Below are positions 1 through 13,120 of a stretch of DNA of 64,000 nucleotides, in pieces (position 1 is the stretch's first letter; each line of letters opens with the position of its first letter). Source of the DNA: Takakia lepidozioides (taxonomy: Eukaryota > Plantae > Bryophyta). Under the pieces are notes generated by a model. It searched no databases, was not told where the DNA came from, and was given only the letters and a program-made list of their open reading frames with translations. The stretch is from NCBI GenBank assembly GCA_030704615.1, contig CM060732.1:66836001-66900000 (forward strand), written 5' to 3'. The position numbers were made by a program, and so were the translations under genes.

Positions 1-69
1 CCCAACCTCATCTATCATAGCCGCCTTGGCTGCCAACTCCCTCTGAACCTCGAGCACCTCCCACGTGTG

Positions 70-1150
70 TCATGGATGTCTACACCCCGTGGTCCTCACC
101 GGCTCGCCCCCACTCACTGCCTGTATCGTCTCGGTAGGCAGAGAGACTGTCAAGGGAAGTGCACTCCGCACTCTACGTTGCTCAGCCATAGCAAAGCTGG
201 TAATCCAGGTCAAGCAATTGAGATCCATTGCTTGCCCCAACACCTGACGCCGTAATGCCTCAGAAAGAGAAGACACCGCCGTGGTACCAGTGGTAAAATC
301 CATCGCCCGTTCACGCTCGTCAGCATTAGGCTCCATTAATTGTAACAACTTAGCATCCCACAGGAGGCCAGGTCCACCATCCCGGAAAGCGTGCGATCCT
401 GGGAAGCTGAGCAGTGTAGGTAATGCTGCTCGTGATTGACCCACCCTGTTGACCACTGCCAAAGGCGAACGGTCATCGTGTCTCACATGCTGAGACTGTC
501 TCCCTGTGTCCAAAATGTTATCCACTGTGAGGTGTGCTGGCCGCTGCACCCCATCAAATGCACGCTTGAGCAGTGCGGGTGGCATCAAGTTAGTCCACCA
601 TAGCCGTGGACGATGAGCCCGTGACCCCAATGTAGCTGCATCTAGCAACACTGCTGATCCAAGCCACGACCAGACTTGATGCACACTGGCCATCACCCTG
701 GCCCGAGAATCACCCATCAGTGGCACATTCTCCAAGATGTATGCTGGAGATACAGCTTGATGAAGCTGCAAGTGACGCAAAACCCGCACCATCTCCCAAA
801 ACAGACCCGACCTCGAGTCTCGCAATCCATTGTCATGCCCGGCTGATGAATGCCCTTGGCAAGGCCAACCTGCCACTACTAGATCAATGGAGCCAACCCG
901 CTCCAAATCCTACGCCCCCAGCAACGAAATGTCTGTTGGCAAGGCCTGCTGATATCCACGAACTGCAGACACCGGCAACAACTCAGGGTACTGCTGCACC
1001 ATCTGAGCAGCATAACGGAGTGAGATGCGTCATGCAGTCTCATCCCTCTCCACATACAAGTAACGCTGAACTTGTATACTTGCCTGTAGAACAGCAGCCA
1101 ACCCGGTGCTGATCCCGCCAAACAAGTCCAGAAGGCAAATGCCTTCATCC
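70..1150 (-). pseudogene. DNMT3-like C5 cytosine DNA methyltransferase domain within the retrotransposon polyprotein
   Basis: One frame gives motif I LLDLFGGISTG (~1135-1103), IV DLVVAGWPCQGHS, VI YILENV, VIII DAATLGSRAHRPRLWWTNL, IX ERERAMDF and X RRQVLGQAM. In-frame stops lie at 1030-1032 and 910-912. Confidence 0.9.
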
Positions 1151-1559
1151 GGATACTGCCACACAATAGGTGTGGTATCCAATGGTGACAACTCAGGTGA
1201 CCCTAGTGCAATACCTGCACTCTCCTCCTCTCCTGATGGTACGAAGGCCCGTACCTAGGCTTATTGCACCCGTCTATCAGTAACCTGCTGCAAATCTTTG
1301 CTCGTACCCCACAATGGAGTGTGAGCAACCATGGCAGGCAACTCCGCCGTACCATGCATGTCATCCTGCTCTGCTGGAGGTGGCACATCCTTTGCATGGG
1401 CATTGCCCTCCAGCAACTCTCCAGGCCAAGTCACTACAACTGTGAATGCTGCAAGTGTCGGCATCTTGCCCTGTTGGGCAACCGCAACTCCTCCTATGAA
1501 CGTCACATGGAGCTGCACACGCCGACCCTCCCTGATTGTCATCCAGGCCTGTAGGATGC

Positions 1560-1900
1560 TAACTCCTCCCAAAAATCCAGGGTGAAGCCCATGGGATATA
1601 ACACTGCCCCACCAACGAGGACATCATAAGAGACCGCATCTGTCACGATGACCTTGGCTCGCATCACTGAGCATCTATTGGATGATCCGGCTGTAGTCTA
1701 ATGGCTAACTCACGCCGTGTCATGCCCCGAGCTTGCTTTGATCCTCCCAGAGATGTCTGTATCTGGAAAGGACAAGGCTCCATATCCGCCTCCATGAGGC
1801 CTAAGCCTACAATAGCAGCTTTGCCCAGCATCAATGGCTGAGCTCCCGAGTCCAACAAGACCCGCAGTGGCCGGTACCTCTTGCCTGCCGGTCCACTCAA
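1560..1900 (-). pseudogene. Retroviral-type aspartic protease
   Basis: RVLLDSGAQPLMLG (DSG catalytic motif) in ORF 1664..1900. After a frameshift near 1668 it reads YDVLVGGAVLYPMGFTLDFW, the second protease motif. Confidence 0.8.
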
Positions 1901-2008
1901 ACAGAAAATACCATCCTAGTTGTCTAACAAGACAACTCCAGGTGTCACCATGGCGCGCTCAATGGCTGGCCTAGCTGGCAGCTCCACCAATCTGGCAGCT
2001 ACAGCTTG

Positions 2009-4100
2009 TCATGGCGCCGCCGTGGCAGTCTTGACCCTCAAATTTGAGGATCCTTCCGGCACTACACCTCCCACTATCTCCACAGAAGATGAAGTAACCT
2101 CCCCACTCTCACAGAGTGTAGCTGCCAGCCTGAACACCTCAGCTGGTCTTACCCCCGGCGTCGCAATCATGGTAGCCGAGAACAATGGAGCCTGACACAC
2201 AGATGTGGCCGCTCCCAGCAGCACACTGGCTGCCGTAACCTTTGCAACACTAGGTAGTGGTGCTGCCCGTGTAGCTCTCCCCAATGGCATTGTAACCTCC
2301 GCCTCGGTAACAGTCGGGCGAGAACTAGGTGCCATGGATGGCGTCGACACTATCTCCGCCAATGTGAATGACTGAGGAAGCCTCGACTGACGGCTTGCCT
2401 CCCCATGCTGTGAATCCAATTCCACCTCTGCACCTCGTGGCTCAGGAACTCGTGCTGCTCCTCCAGTCACGGCTGCAGCAGACTCCACTTGCACTAGTGG
2501 TAGTGCTGCTCCGCACATGAATCCCATGCCTCCCATATCTCCTCCCTCAGGAGCAGGAGCTGGACCATCCGGCCTTGGAGCTGGTACCACCTGAGCTGTG
2601 GCCATGGCAGCGAGCCTCTGCTCTAGCTGCTAAAGCCGGTTGGCCATGCCTTAGTCACCACCCTCACCCTCGCGTTCTTGGCCATGTTGAGCTTGCCCTT
2701 GGCCTGCACCTCGTGCCTGGCCACCTCGTCATTTCTCGGCTGTTCCACCTCGCCCCCGGCCACCATTGTTCCCTTGGAACTGGCCTGGGCGCAACTCAGG
2801 ATGCAAACCATAACACCGGGCCTCTCCATGCCCGTGCTTGCTATAATGCCCACACTGCAACTGTGCAGGCTTTGCATATGCTAGCCCTTTGCCTCCCTCT
2901 GGGCAATCCTTCTTGACATGGGGTCCTCCACATTTCCAACACACCACATCCGCCCATTGTTGGCCTGCAAATGAAGGGAGAGACCCCTGCATCTGAGGTC
3001 CTCTCTGTTCTTCCCTGGGCTTCACCTGGACCCCATTGTTGCCTTGAGTACGTTGAGGTAGTGGTTGGCTAGGAGCACCACTACCCCGTGGTGTCTCCTT
3101 AGCAAATCCCACCATGACCACTCGTTCCTCCACCATGTTGAGCTCTATCCGCTTTGCCAGCAAAAACACATTTGTTAAGGTGGGTTGGGCCGCTTGTAGG
3201 AGAGTTACAAGCCGCACCCTTCTCCTTAGCTCCTTGTCCAATATCCCATACCAGAATTGGACTGCCTGAGCTTCCGTAACCCCTTGGGTTACATTTATCA
3301 AGCGCCTCATGCGAGTGAAAGCCTCCCTCAAGCTCTCAGCCGGCTTCCGTTTGAACTCTTGCAAGCTCCGCAACTTCTCTGTCCTCACCCCTTGGTAGTT
3401 CCATCTTAACTCTTCGAAGAACTCCACAATAGGGTTGAAGGCAGGTACCGCCACTAGTGCTGGTGCAGCAGTAGTTTGGGTGGATGTCGTAGCTCTGGTA
3501 TCACCAGTCCCACAAGTCGCATTGCTGCTTGCTGAAGCTGCCGGTGCAGCGGTAGGTGTAGCCACTGCCCTCATGGCTCTAGTGCCCCTAGTGATGGAGA
3601 CATAGTCGGGTGACCAGTATATCCTCCACTCCTCGATCTCACCCTCATGCCCCCGCCTGAACTCATGGTAATTATCCATAGGCGGCCCCTCAAGGTGCTG
3701 AAACAACCCCTTCCATGCCATGAAAGGCGTAAATAGTTGTGGATTGCGCATTTGCTGCAAATCACACCAACTATCAAACTATTGGATAAAATCATCTAAC
3801 TCGCTGGTGCCCACAGCTCCAGAATACCTACGAGGCCCCTTAGTAGCTCCATACATCTCCTCCATGTCGTCCCACAACAATGACAAGGAATCAACTTGCA
3901 CCGCCGGTGTGAGTCTTCCTGATTCACAATCCGAATCAGAATCTTCCGTAGAAGACACAGGAGGTGAAGGTGGCCTAAACCACACACCTCGTCTCGTGTA
4001 CCCACTAGTATCGCTAGTGCTCGAACCGGCACTCTCCCCAGCAACTAGTGGCACCTCCGTGTTGACAAACTGTGACTCAACCGGTCATGAACATGTCTCT
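2009..4100 (-). pseudogene. Retrotransposon Gag with zinc knuckle
   Basis: ORFs 3779..4054, 2729..3760 and 2009..2605 share one frame with the protease, separated by stops. They contain FKRKPAESLREAFTRMRRL (gag core) and CWKCGGPHVKKDC, plus a degenerate second knuckle. Confidence 0.8.
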
Positions 4101-4759
4101 ATCCCCCTCTCCACAAGGTTACCGGGTAGAGAACCTATTGCGGCTTATGGTTTGGAATACTGGGTTTCTAACATAGCCTACACCTGCACCTGCATCCACC
4201 GCAAGCACTCCTATGGTTGGCTGGTTATCACCTCCAACCTCACCATAGAAGAAACACTGGTGGTCTTGCTGGTCATCACTCCAGCCTCACCACTGACAGC
4301 GTACTCTAGGATTGACCGGTGATCAAATCTGGCCTAATCCCTATAAAAACAAGCGCCCACACAAAACTAACATGGCGCACAATCAAGCATGCAGGTATGG
4401 AGGGGATCCAAACACAAGAAATCAGAACGACAACTCCCCCACACCAAAAACAACTCCACGGTGTTGCTCCTGCAAGGACACCCCAGCCCAAACCCGGACT
4501 GACTCTTGCCTCCACCTACGGAAAGGTCTCGGCCTAATGCGAGGGTGAAAAACTACGAGGAAGAGAAGCTAAAGCAATGCCTAACCCCAGCATGCCCTCA
4601 TCCCAACACTCTTTCTCTCCTCTCTTCCCTCACGTGCATGACCCTGGAAATATCATGAAGATATTCCTCGAACCGCCCTCCACAAGCCACATGCCAGTAC
4701 TCAAGCAGTCCACCAATGCCTCCACGAGTCAGCACAGACCATCCATAGGTCAACACGGG

Positions 4760-5075
4760 CCACCACAGACCAGCACAGCCCCACATAGGCCCCAGCCCCA
4801 CAGCCCATCACAGCCCCATAGGCCACAGTATGTCACAGCCCCAAAGGCCAAAGGTCACAACCTCTCACAGCCCGTCACAGCCCGTCACAGCCCTGAAGGC
4901 CACAGGCACAGCCCGTAACAGCCCCTCACAGCCCTGAAGGCCACAGTCACAGCTCGTAACAACCCCTCACAACCCATCACAGCCCCGAAGGCCACAGGCA
5001 CAACCCCTCACAGCCCCTCACAGCCCCCAAGGCCACAGCGTGTCACAGCCCGTCACGGCCCGTCACGGCCCCATC
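4760..5075. repeat. CACAGCCC-type minisatellite in the retrotransposon leader
   Basis: Many tandem degenerate copies of (T)CACAGCCC and GAAGGCCACAG. Confidence 0.85.
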
Positions 5076-5577
5076 CATGGCCGCTCTGGCAGTTTAGCCA
5101 TTTCTCCTAGAGGTTTAGCCACGCCAAGCTAGGGTTTGTGTCTCTTGGACTCTAGGCTTCTTTGCACCGAGCTATGGCGGCTGTGAGGAAATCAGCAAGG
5201 TATTCTTGCTCTTTCGGCTCCCACACACCACCAATAGTAGCCCTAAGCCATGAGGTGGTTGCCACAAACCAAGCCTTCTTTCTCACTAGCCTCCCCAAAC
5301 ACGCCACTAAACTCAATGACAAACAACCAAGCCTTGCTGGTTTCCAGCCCTTGTGAGCACTCATTCAAGCACTCTCCTTGGCCATAGCATTTGTCTTAGA
5401 GCCTATTCCAGCCCCCTACACATGCTGCTTCAAGAGTTGCGCTCCCTTCAAGCTTGAAGTTGAAACCCCAACTCACATAGGCCCTACAAGTGCTTTTATT
5501 TCACCCCAAGTGGAAACCAGCCCTAGACCTTCCATTCTAGCTCTCTAAAGCTTGAAAACAAGAGCCTCAATGGGCTG

Positions 5578-5895
5578 AAGGCATGCTCCACACATGCCCC
5601 ACTCTCACCATAAGAGAATCAGCTCTTTTCTTCATTTCTTGCACCCACAAACTTGACAATACAAGCTTCAGCAGGCTGAAAGCATGCTCCACACATGCCC
5701 TACAGGGAAACCAGCCCCTTCCTTCCTTTCTTGCACTTCCGCACCTGAAAGTACAAGCCTTCAACAGGCTGATAGCATGCTCCACACATGCATTGCCCTC
5801 ACATAAGAGAAGTTAGCCCTTCCATCTTCCTTGCTTGCCCTCTAAGCTTGAAGATGGCAGCTTCAATGAGCTAAATACATGCTCCACACATGCAA
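5578..5895. repeat. Four ~100-bp degenerate tandem units with core CATGCTCCACACATGC
   Basis: Core seen at ~5582, ~5683, ~5777 and ~5878. Confidence 0.8.
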
Positions 5896-7629
5896 CCTCT
5901 TCACACAAGAGGTATCAGCCCCCTATCTTGGCTCCTTGGCTCCTTGATACTCTCTAAGACAAGACTAAACACTCCACAGCCTTTGCCAAGCTCCTGAAAC
6001 CCTAAGGCTTACATTTCCAGCCACAAGACACTCTTTTTGTGGTGCAAGAGCTCTTCTTCCAAGCTCTGAAACCCTAGGTGCATATTCCATGGCCTTGCCA
6101 CACCTCTTAGCTCTTGTTCCAGCCCTGCTCTTGCCATGACAAGAGCCATCTCAATGCTGAAGCTCGAGGTTGCAACCCAATCTCAACATACTCTACAAAG
6201 TGCACTGATTTGCCCCAAGCCAAATCAGCCCTTTCGCTTGGTCTTGCAATCCTTCACACAATGAAAGCTCGCATTCCCAAGTCCAGTTCTCAGCTTTGCC
6301 ACCAAAGCCACTATAACCTGCTCTTGACTGGTCTTCTTCCCAATCGTGCTTGCTCATGCATGAACACAATCTAAAACCATCAAGGTGCACTAGAATTACC
6401 TGCAGCATGGTGCTTTCATCTCTGAAGCTGAAGATTGAATGCCAAGATCTACCACCTCGTAACCCACATCGTCTCCGCTTCTAACAACCAAGGGCTCCAC
6501 GGTGCTCCTCATAACAACCTGGTTTCTCTCATCCTCAAGCAAAAACCACAAGTGCTACAACTAACTCGTATCTGGCACTCACAGTACGAGCTGATCTTTC
6601 TCGAGTGATAAAGAAGAAGAATACAAGCACAAGCTCATGCGAGCTCACAAGCTGAAGCATAAACTCATGCATATATAACCTCATCACTCAAATACAAGCC
6701 AAGCCAAGTGCACCCCACGCCATGGGGAATCCACACTATGGCGCCATAGCTAGGTGCGGTGAGGCTCAACTCGAGAAAGATGAGCCTCCCACGCTTGCCG
6801 TTAAGATAACCACTCCAGGACTTGAATCTGCCTTGACCCCTGGGTTGACACTTGGGCCAATCCCAAATGTCAATATGTAAACGCTAGCTATTTCCTAGCT
6901 AGTTTCTCACTAGTGGTAAAATAACTTGACAGTTGGGTTCATTTGTAAGTTTTCCATATATATATATATATATATATTATATTATTTTTCCCCGAATGTG
7001 CGAGACAGTCTTCTGATGTGCTATTTGGGATGAATGACATCTACAAATTGTTCGGACCACATAATTTATGATTCGTTGTTATGTCCTTCTTCCATGTGAC
7101 CAGAAATTGATGCTGGGTAAACGCCAAGTCTTTTGCTTGCAAAGCAGGGGTTGGGTTCATTTGCAAGTTTTCCAAAAAAAAAAAAAAATTGTTTTGTTTT
7201 TTCCCTTCTGAATGTGCCAGATGAAAGTGGCGTTGATACCAACTAATCTGGCTGGTATTCTGGGCCGGAATTAAGCTTCCGCCAAACTAAAATACTCTTA
7301 TTTAAACTCAACAACACATGGATCCCTGCGCACATGCTGATCGGTAAGGATACATGTTGTTGCAGTCATCTATGGTTCACTCATCTGGGCAATTTTTCAT
7401 TTGACACTCATCCAATGTTCTTCCATTTTTCATCCATTCCCTTTTACATTCATCCATCAATTTTTCATCGCACATTCGTGCCACATTGTTGTCATGGAGC
7501 CGGTCTGTCTTCGATCCGATGGATAGGACATTACGTCGTTACAGTGGAGTTTGTGTCCACGGCAATAGGCCCATTTGTTCCCTCGCTTTTAGGGTCCGCA
7601 TCAATAATCTACTCACGCTTACAATCTGC

Positions 7630-9218
7630 TCACGGATAAGGGAATCTGCTCATGGGTTCTGCGCACGCCTTTACTGCCTCTTCTTGGTCCAAATATGAAA
7701 GAGGTGGGTATTGTAATAGCACCGTATTATTTAGTATTCTTGATAGGGCTTGTGTTTTGTGTTTGGTATGATGGATGATCACCGTGATAGCACATTTATG
7801 TAAGCTTAGTTCCATTGCTGCCCATTTATTGAATCTTTTTAGTTTTTTCACTTGTCGATTGAGATGGCTGGATTTGTTGGATATCAGTACAAGATCATCT
7901 GCGTAAGTAGCTGCTGGGATGTTATGGGAAGGTAATGGTATTATACGTTACCTCGAACAAGCCAGCGGAGTATGGGTTCTACAAACACAATAAAACAATA
8001 TGGGCTAAGTGTGTTCTCTTGTATGATACCTCTGTGAATTGGTATAGGTGATGTATTGTCAAACGAAGGTCCGGAGTATGTGGTGGTGGCTTCAGTGTAG
8101 ATATTGCCAATGAGCATGACTGCATCTTGCGGGTATTGGCCAAGATCAGTCATGACGGCTAGTAGACGTGTATGGTCAATTAGTCTAATTGGGTAGATCA
8201 TCTCTTTTGTAAATTAGTATTGGGTATTCTATGGAGTTGATAGCACGTCACAAAGAAGCGATGAATTAATCAATGGAAGTGTGGGTCCAATGCCTTGAGT
8301 ATTTCGCTAGGTATGTTGTCCGTACTTGGTGTTTTGGAGTTGGAGAGAGATTTGAGGCATGAATGGTAGACCTCTGGGGTGAGGTTATAAGCGTTTAGGT
8401 CAAGTTGTAAGGGTCCTCTTTGCTCGAGTTTAAAGCCGTCTATATCATGCCAAGGGTATTGTCTGGCTTGGCATGCACAGTGTTAATGTATATGATGTAA
8501 TGGTTGGAAACATGCATGTGCTTGTGGTTGGTATGTGGTCTTAGCTTACTGGAAAACGGTTTTATTGATGGAGGTTGGAGATGTCTATAGAATTTATGTG
8601 CTATCTTGTATCGCATCCAAAGGAACAGAGGGGGAAGGGTTGAAGATTGCTTTATGTATGAGGCTCTTGTCCTGCAGCATCTTACAATATGATTGAACAA
8701 GTTTTCTTTTTTTGTCTTTGGATTTTTGCTTGGTGATATCGTAAGCATTTTTCTTTGCATCTCGACCAATTCGGGATAGAGATATGAGCATATATGTCTG
8801 CATCATTCTGGGGTATCGAAAAATCTGTGCTGCAAGCTGTTATATTGTGTTTAGGTCTATAATATGTGGGGGGTCTCGTGGGTCAGATGAGATGATGATA
8901 ATAGCTTTGCGGATTTTGTGGTGGGTGTTTAATTATGCTTGCCATTTCCTCTGTTGTGTTATTGTCAGGCATCATCCGTTTATTTTTTATCCTTCAGTTT
9001 TGTACTGGATCAGGGAACTTTGTGCATGTATGTGCATAACGTGGATTCTGCAATTTGAGTGAATATTTGTTCCAGCTTGGAGCTTGCATCTTCCCAAATT
9101 TTAAGGGTGGGATTTGCTGAATATCGATCTGGTATTGTTTCAAAATAAGAGAGAGCAATACTGGAAATGGATTGAAACTTAGCTTGGAATGCCATAATAG
9201 AGGAGGGGGAATAAGAGT
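7630..9218 (-). mobile_element. Degenerate non-LTR retrotransposon (LINE) ORF2, RT-containing part; 5' part continues at 17952-~18560
   Basis: IDHTRLLAVM...IPIHRGIIQENTLSPYCFIVFVEPILRWL (7941..8201) and YADDLVL (~7905-7885). The frame reads PCIPTLI|PPPLLWHSK across the removed MULE. Confidence 0.75.
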
Positions 9219-10520
9219 CAGGGATGCCTCGGCGTGAGCCTGGTCACGTGAGCGCAACTACGCTCACGCCACGTCACCTTGCGCAAATGCCAAGTCACGG
9301 GGCTCACTCCACGTCATCACACGTGAAGGCCGCGTCACCACGCGCCCAGAAAGAAGTGGAGTGTATTTTCCGCGGATTAGCACCCTTTACCGCGGAAACA
9401 AGCTGGACGACATAATAAAAGGCATTGAATAAAGGATGGATGAATGTACAGTTGGATGATAAACAGATGGATGAGTGTGAATAATGAATGTAGATGGATG
9501 AATGAGGGATGGATAAGAGTAAAATGGATGAATGTATAATGGATGTTGAGCAATGACAAAAATTCATGACATGAAGATGCATGACCAAAACTTTTGATGA
9601 ATGCACAACGTATATGAAATGAGTGTGGAAGGTTTGTGGGGTGGATTAAAGAGTACAGAGGATGAATGTACAATGGATGTTGAACAAGGAAAAAATTCAT
9701 GAATGGAGCAAACGCATGAATACACTGTAGATGAATGCACAATGGATATGAAGAAGAGTCAGGGAGGTTGTGAGATGGATTCATACATATTCCATTTAAA
9801 TGAAAGTTGATTATGTGATTATTATTTGTTCTAAAGGAACAACTACGGTGGAGGAAGGGATTCAACGTTTTCCAGATAGTATGAAAAATGAATATTAAAA
9901 GAATATTGTTCAGTCTGACTCGAGTCAGTACAATGTATCCCCACTTCCTCTGCATCTAAGTCTAAGTATTTAGAACACCGGATCCACGCTGGATACACCT
10001 ACGGCTGGGCACTAAAAAGTCAGGGGATAGAGACTCGGCCGCGTGAAGTGCCATTGCTTCGGCATAAACAAGAAGCAGAAAATTGGAAAGGGGGCTGTCA
10101 AAAATAGACTCGCCAGAAATGACTGTATCTCCCACCGCTGCCTTTCCTGAAAGACAGCCTGAAAAAATTATTACTGTAACTTTGATGTTATTGAGAAATT
10201 GAGTATGGCTCCCAAGAGGGTTTAGCACTTACTCACATGAAAAGTCGTTGTCGCCTGCTTATCTTCGGGATCGTCATCATTTTGAATTGAATCCGATCAG
10301 TCTGTGTGCCTGAAGTGGAGCCAAACAAAAGGGGGAGGAGCACTGTGTTGTAGAGGTCAAAATCACCCTCCATGCCAAAAAGGCTTCTTCCGCCTGCCTT
10401 GCATGCATGGTAAGTTGCTCCTGCACTAGACAGGAGGACATGAACAGTTTGGTGGGGGGGATTTAAGCAGATGAAACTGTTGAAAGAAAACCAATTCAGG
10501 ACCACACGACTGCTCCAGAT

Positions 10521-11248
10521 GTGAATGTCGTCAACGCCATTCAAAACATTCCATTCAATGATACTGTAATACACCCATCCAGGTGAATGCAAACTATCGT
10601 TTTGGAATGACACAGACATAGAAGTGAATGTCGTCAACGACATTCACTTTGGATTTGTGAATACACTCCTGATCAAGCCTAATTATTCCTCAAATGATGC
10701 AAAATCATAAACTCGAGTAAGGAACCCTCCCGGAAAACTCAATGCACATTCATAACGAACATATCACTGAGGACCTCACAACAACACTGTATGTGAATGA
10801 CGTCAACGCCATTCACAAAAATACCAACAAGGAACCAATTACTTAGCTCCCAATCCATGTAAATTCAAATTGTCGCTGGTGAATAATATAGACATAGAAG
10901 TGAATGTCGTCAACGACATTCATTTTGGATTTCTCATAACAGAGCTTATCAAGCCTCCAGATTCCTCGCAAGAGGCCAAAAACATGCAGAACAACTGAAT
11001 GTCTGCATTGACATTCACAAAATGAAGTGAGAAACCCTCACTGTAACCTCTATGGACATTACAAAAATTTACATAACTCTGAGGACCTCTCAACAACTCC
11101 GGATGTGAATGTCGTCAACGCCATTCAAGGACATTATCAATTCTAATCAGGGACACTATAATTACACCCTTAGATCCTAACCAGGTGAATTCATATACTC
11201 GCTTAAGAATGACTCAGATAAAGAAGTGAATGTCATCAACGACATTCA
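10521..11248. repeat. Array of 7 palindromic ~24-bp repeats, GTGAATGTCGT-CA-ACG(A/C)CATTCA(C)
   Basis: Copies at ~10521, 10624, 10793, 10900, 10996, 11105 and 11226, spaced ~95-170 bp apart. Confidence 0.9.
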
Positions 11249-13120
11249 ATCTGGATCTATGATTGCAATCCTTATGAAGCCACATTTTTTCCCAAAAAAC
11301 GCAGTAGAGTTTCAAGTATGACATTGCACCTTTACACAACTCGCATCATGGCCCACTCTCCTCCAACCTGACTGTCAAAGTCGTTGGACCGTAAATGTTA
11401 CCATCTTTGGAGAACTCCCGGAAAAAACAGTATCTCCAGGTGAGACCTCTCCACTTCCTTATGTATGCCTCTAATGACATTTGGGGAGGGGAAACAATCG
11501 AAATGTTCAGGTCCTTCAAAGTCTGATCCAGCACAATGACGGCGCGCTTTTCGAGCTGCAAATTGTATATTTGTCAGAATTGCAAATAAGATACTCATCA
11601 CATACTTGAAGAGAAGAAAACGGCATGTTTGAATACACACCTGACTCCAAAATGTAGCCTTGTGGAGCCAGTTATCAAACACCAAATCACTGATTCCTTC
11701 CACCTTTGTGCCAGGCTGTATGGTGCTATTTGGGAACTGATTCAAGTCCTTTACTGTTTGATCTGAGTTCCATATCTTCCAGCCACCTTATTTTTGTTTG
11801 TGGGTCGACCATCGATATGGCCAGCCGGTGCAATTTCTCCTGCTGCATCTCCGGATGCACATGCTTGTCATAGTGTGTTTTGATCTGCTGAAGGAACTCA
11901 GAACCAAGTCCAAGATCTACTATTCTAAGCTGCTTTCTGAAGGCGGACATCAATTTGGTTCTTCGCATTTCAAACTCCTTCTTTATTACAGCTTCCACAC
12001 CCTTTGATGTCCTTAGTTCCTCTGGTGTAGTGCGGTAATATTCGGATTTTCCCTTCTCAACTGCCTCTGCCAGTTCTTGCTGCATTGATTCAAGTAGTGA
12101 TTAGCACCGAAGGGACTACAAACATATATTCGAAAAGTAAACTGAGTACAGACTCGGGCTTACCGCATACATGTACTCCAGAAAACGCCTCTCGTGTCAA
12201 AGAATACCAAGTGCCTGCAGCTCTTTCTGTTTCGCACTTCTTGATGATATTGGGTGGGAGTACTGTCCGAAAATCATCCAGCTTCATCAGACCAATCCTC
12301 TGAATTCGGAATAGTGTTTGGACCAAGCTTGTTGTCACATGCGATTTCTCTGTCGATCTGCAAAAACATTGGAAACATTGCATTCCTTAACACTGTTTTT
12401 TGGGGATTAATAAGACACTACAGAGGGAATGAAATCTCCTGGATGACTTACTTGTTCACGTCGTGCATAGCTGTAAGAAGCCTAGCGATGTCGTTTCCAA
12501 GATCCAAAACCATTGCCTCCACAGCAACATGCTTGTCTTTGTCTTTCGCATGGTGTTTTCTAATGTATCCCATCCATGCCAGCAATCGTGGTTGTCGTCC
12601 CAGACGTAGAACATGTGGTTGCAGAATTGCTGGGTGTTCTTTCCCATCATGAGGCCCAGCTCGAACTCCTCATTGGCATCTTTCCAGCACTCATCCCAAT
12701 TATCACTGATCTCTGGAGACACTAATGTGCTTTTCCCATTTATATCCGTCAGTGACACATAAAAAACTTGTGCACCAAGTCTATATCCATGCACAAAATC
12801 ACTCTCCAATTTTGTTATGTCATGGGAAAGAGGTGGACGCACAACAGACATTGATATCATCCGGCACAGAGGGATGTCCAGACGCCCTCCAGATACGAGC
12901 ATGTCCCTTATAACCTCCTGAGAGTTACCTTCTGAAATGACATGAGTTCTTTCACATTGTCAAGGTAGTGCACTTCAGATTCATCTGCTTCATCTGTATT
13001 CTCTGAGCTTTTTCCGGACTCGTCCCCATCTCCAGATCCTTTCCCCTCTGATCTTGTAGGCTTCGACCTCACAGTTTTCTGCACAATGCCATTCAATTCT
13101 GACTGGGTAATTTGCAAATA

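Larger units (their letters stand above)
1..6850 (-). mobile_element. Degenerate LTR (Gypsy-like) retrotransposon, gag-protease-C5 methyltransferase; continues beyond the left window edge
   Basis: Minus-strand polyprotein relics in the order gag (zinc knuckle), aspartic protease, C5-MTase. The upstream ~2.5 kb is non-coding and repeat-rich. The right boundary is tentative, placed at a TGTCA on the minus strand at 6850. RT and integrase are not in the window. Confidence 0.75.

Noticed and set aside
70-4100. In-frame stops as proof of self-methylation by the element's MTase
   Set aside because: Stops from C-to-T changes are expected from ordinary host methylation of any plant TE and cannot be attributed without a consensus.
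9377-9955. 192-aa His/Ile-rich ORF
   Set aside because: Translation of GGAT/GAAT low-complexity subterminal sequence.
10521-11248. CRISPR array
   Set aside because: Eukaryotic intron context, no cas genes, and spacers that are long, uneven and partly homologous to each other. Reported as a palindrome array instead.
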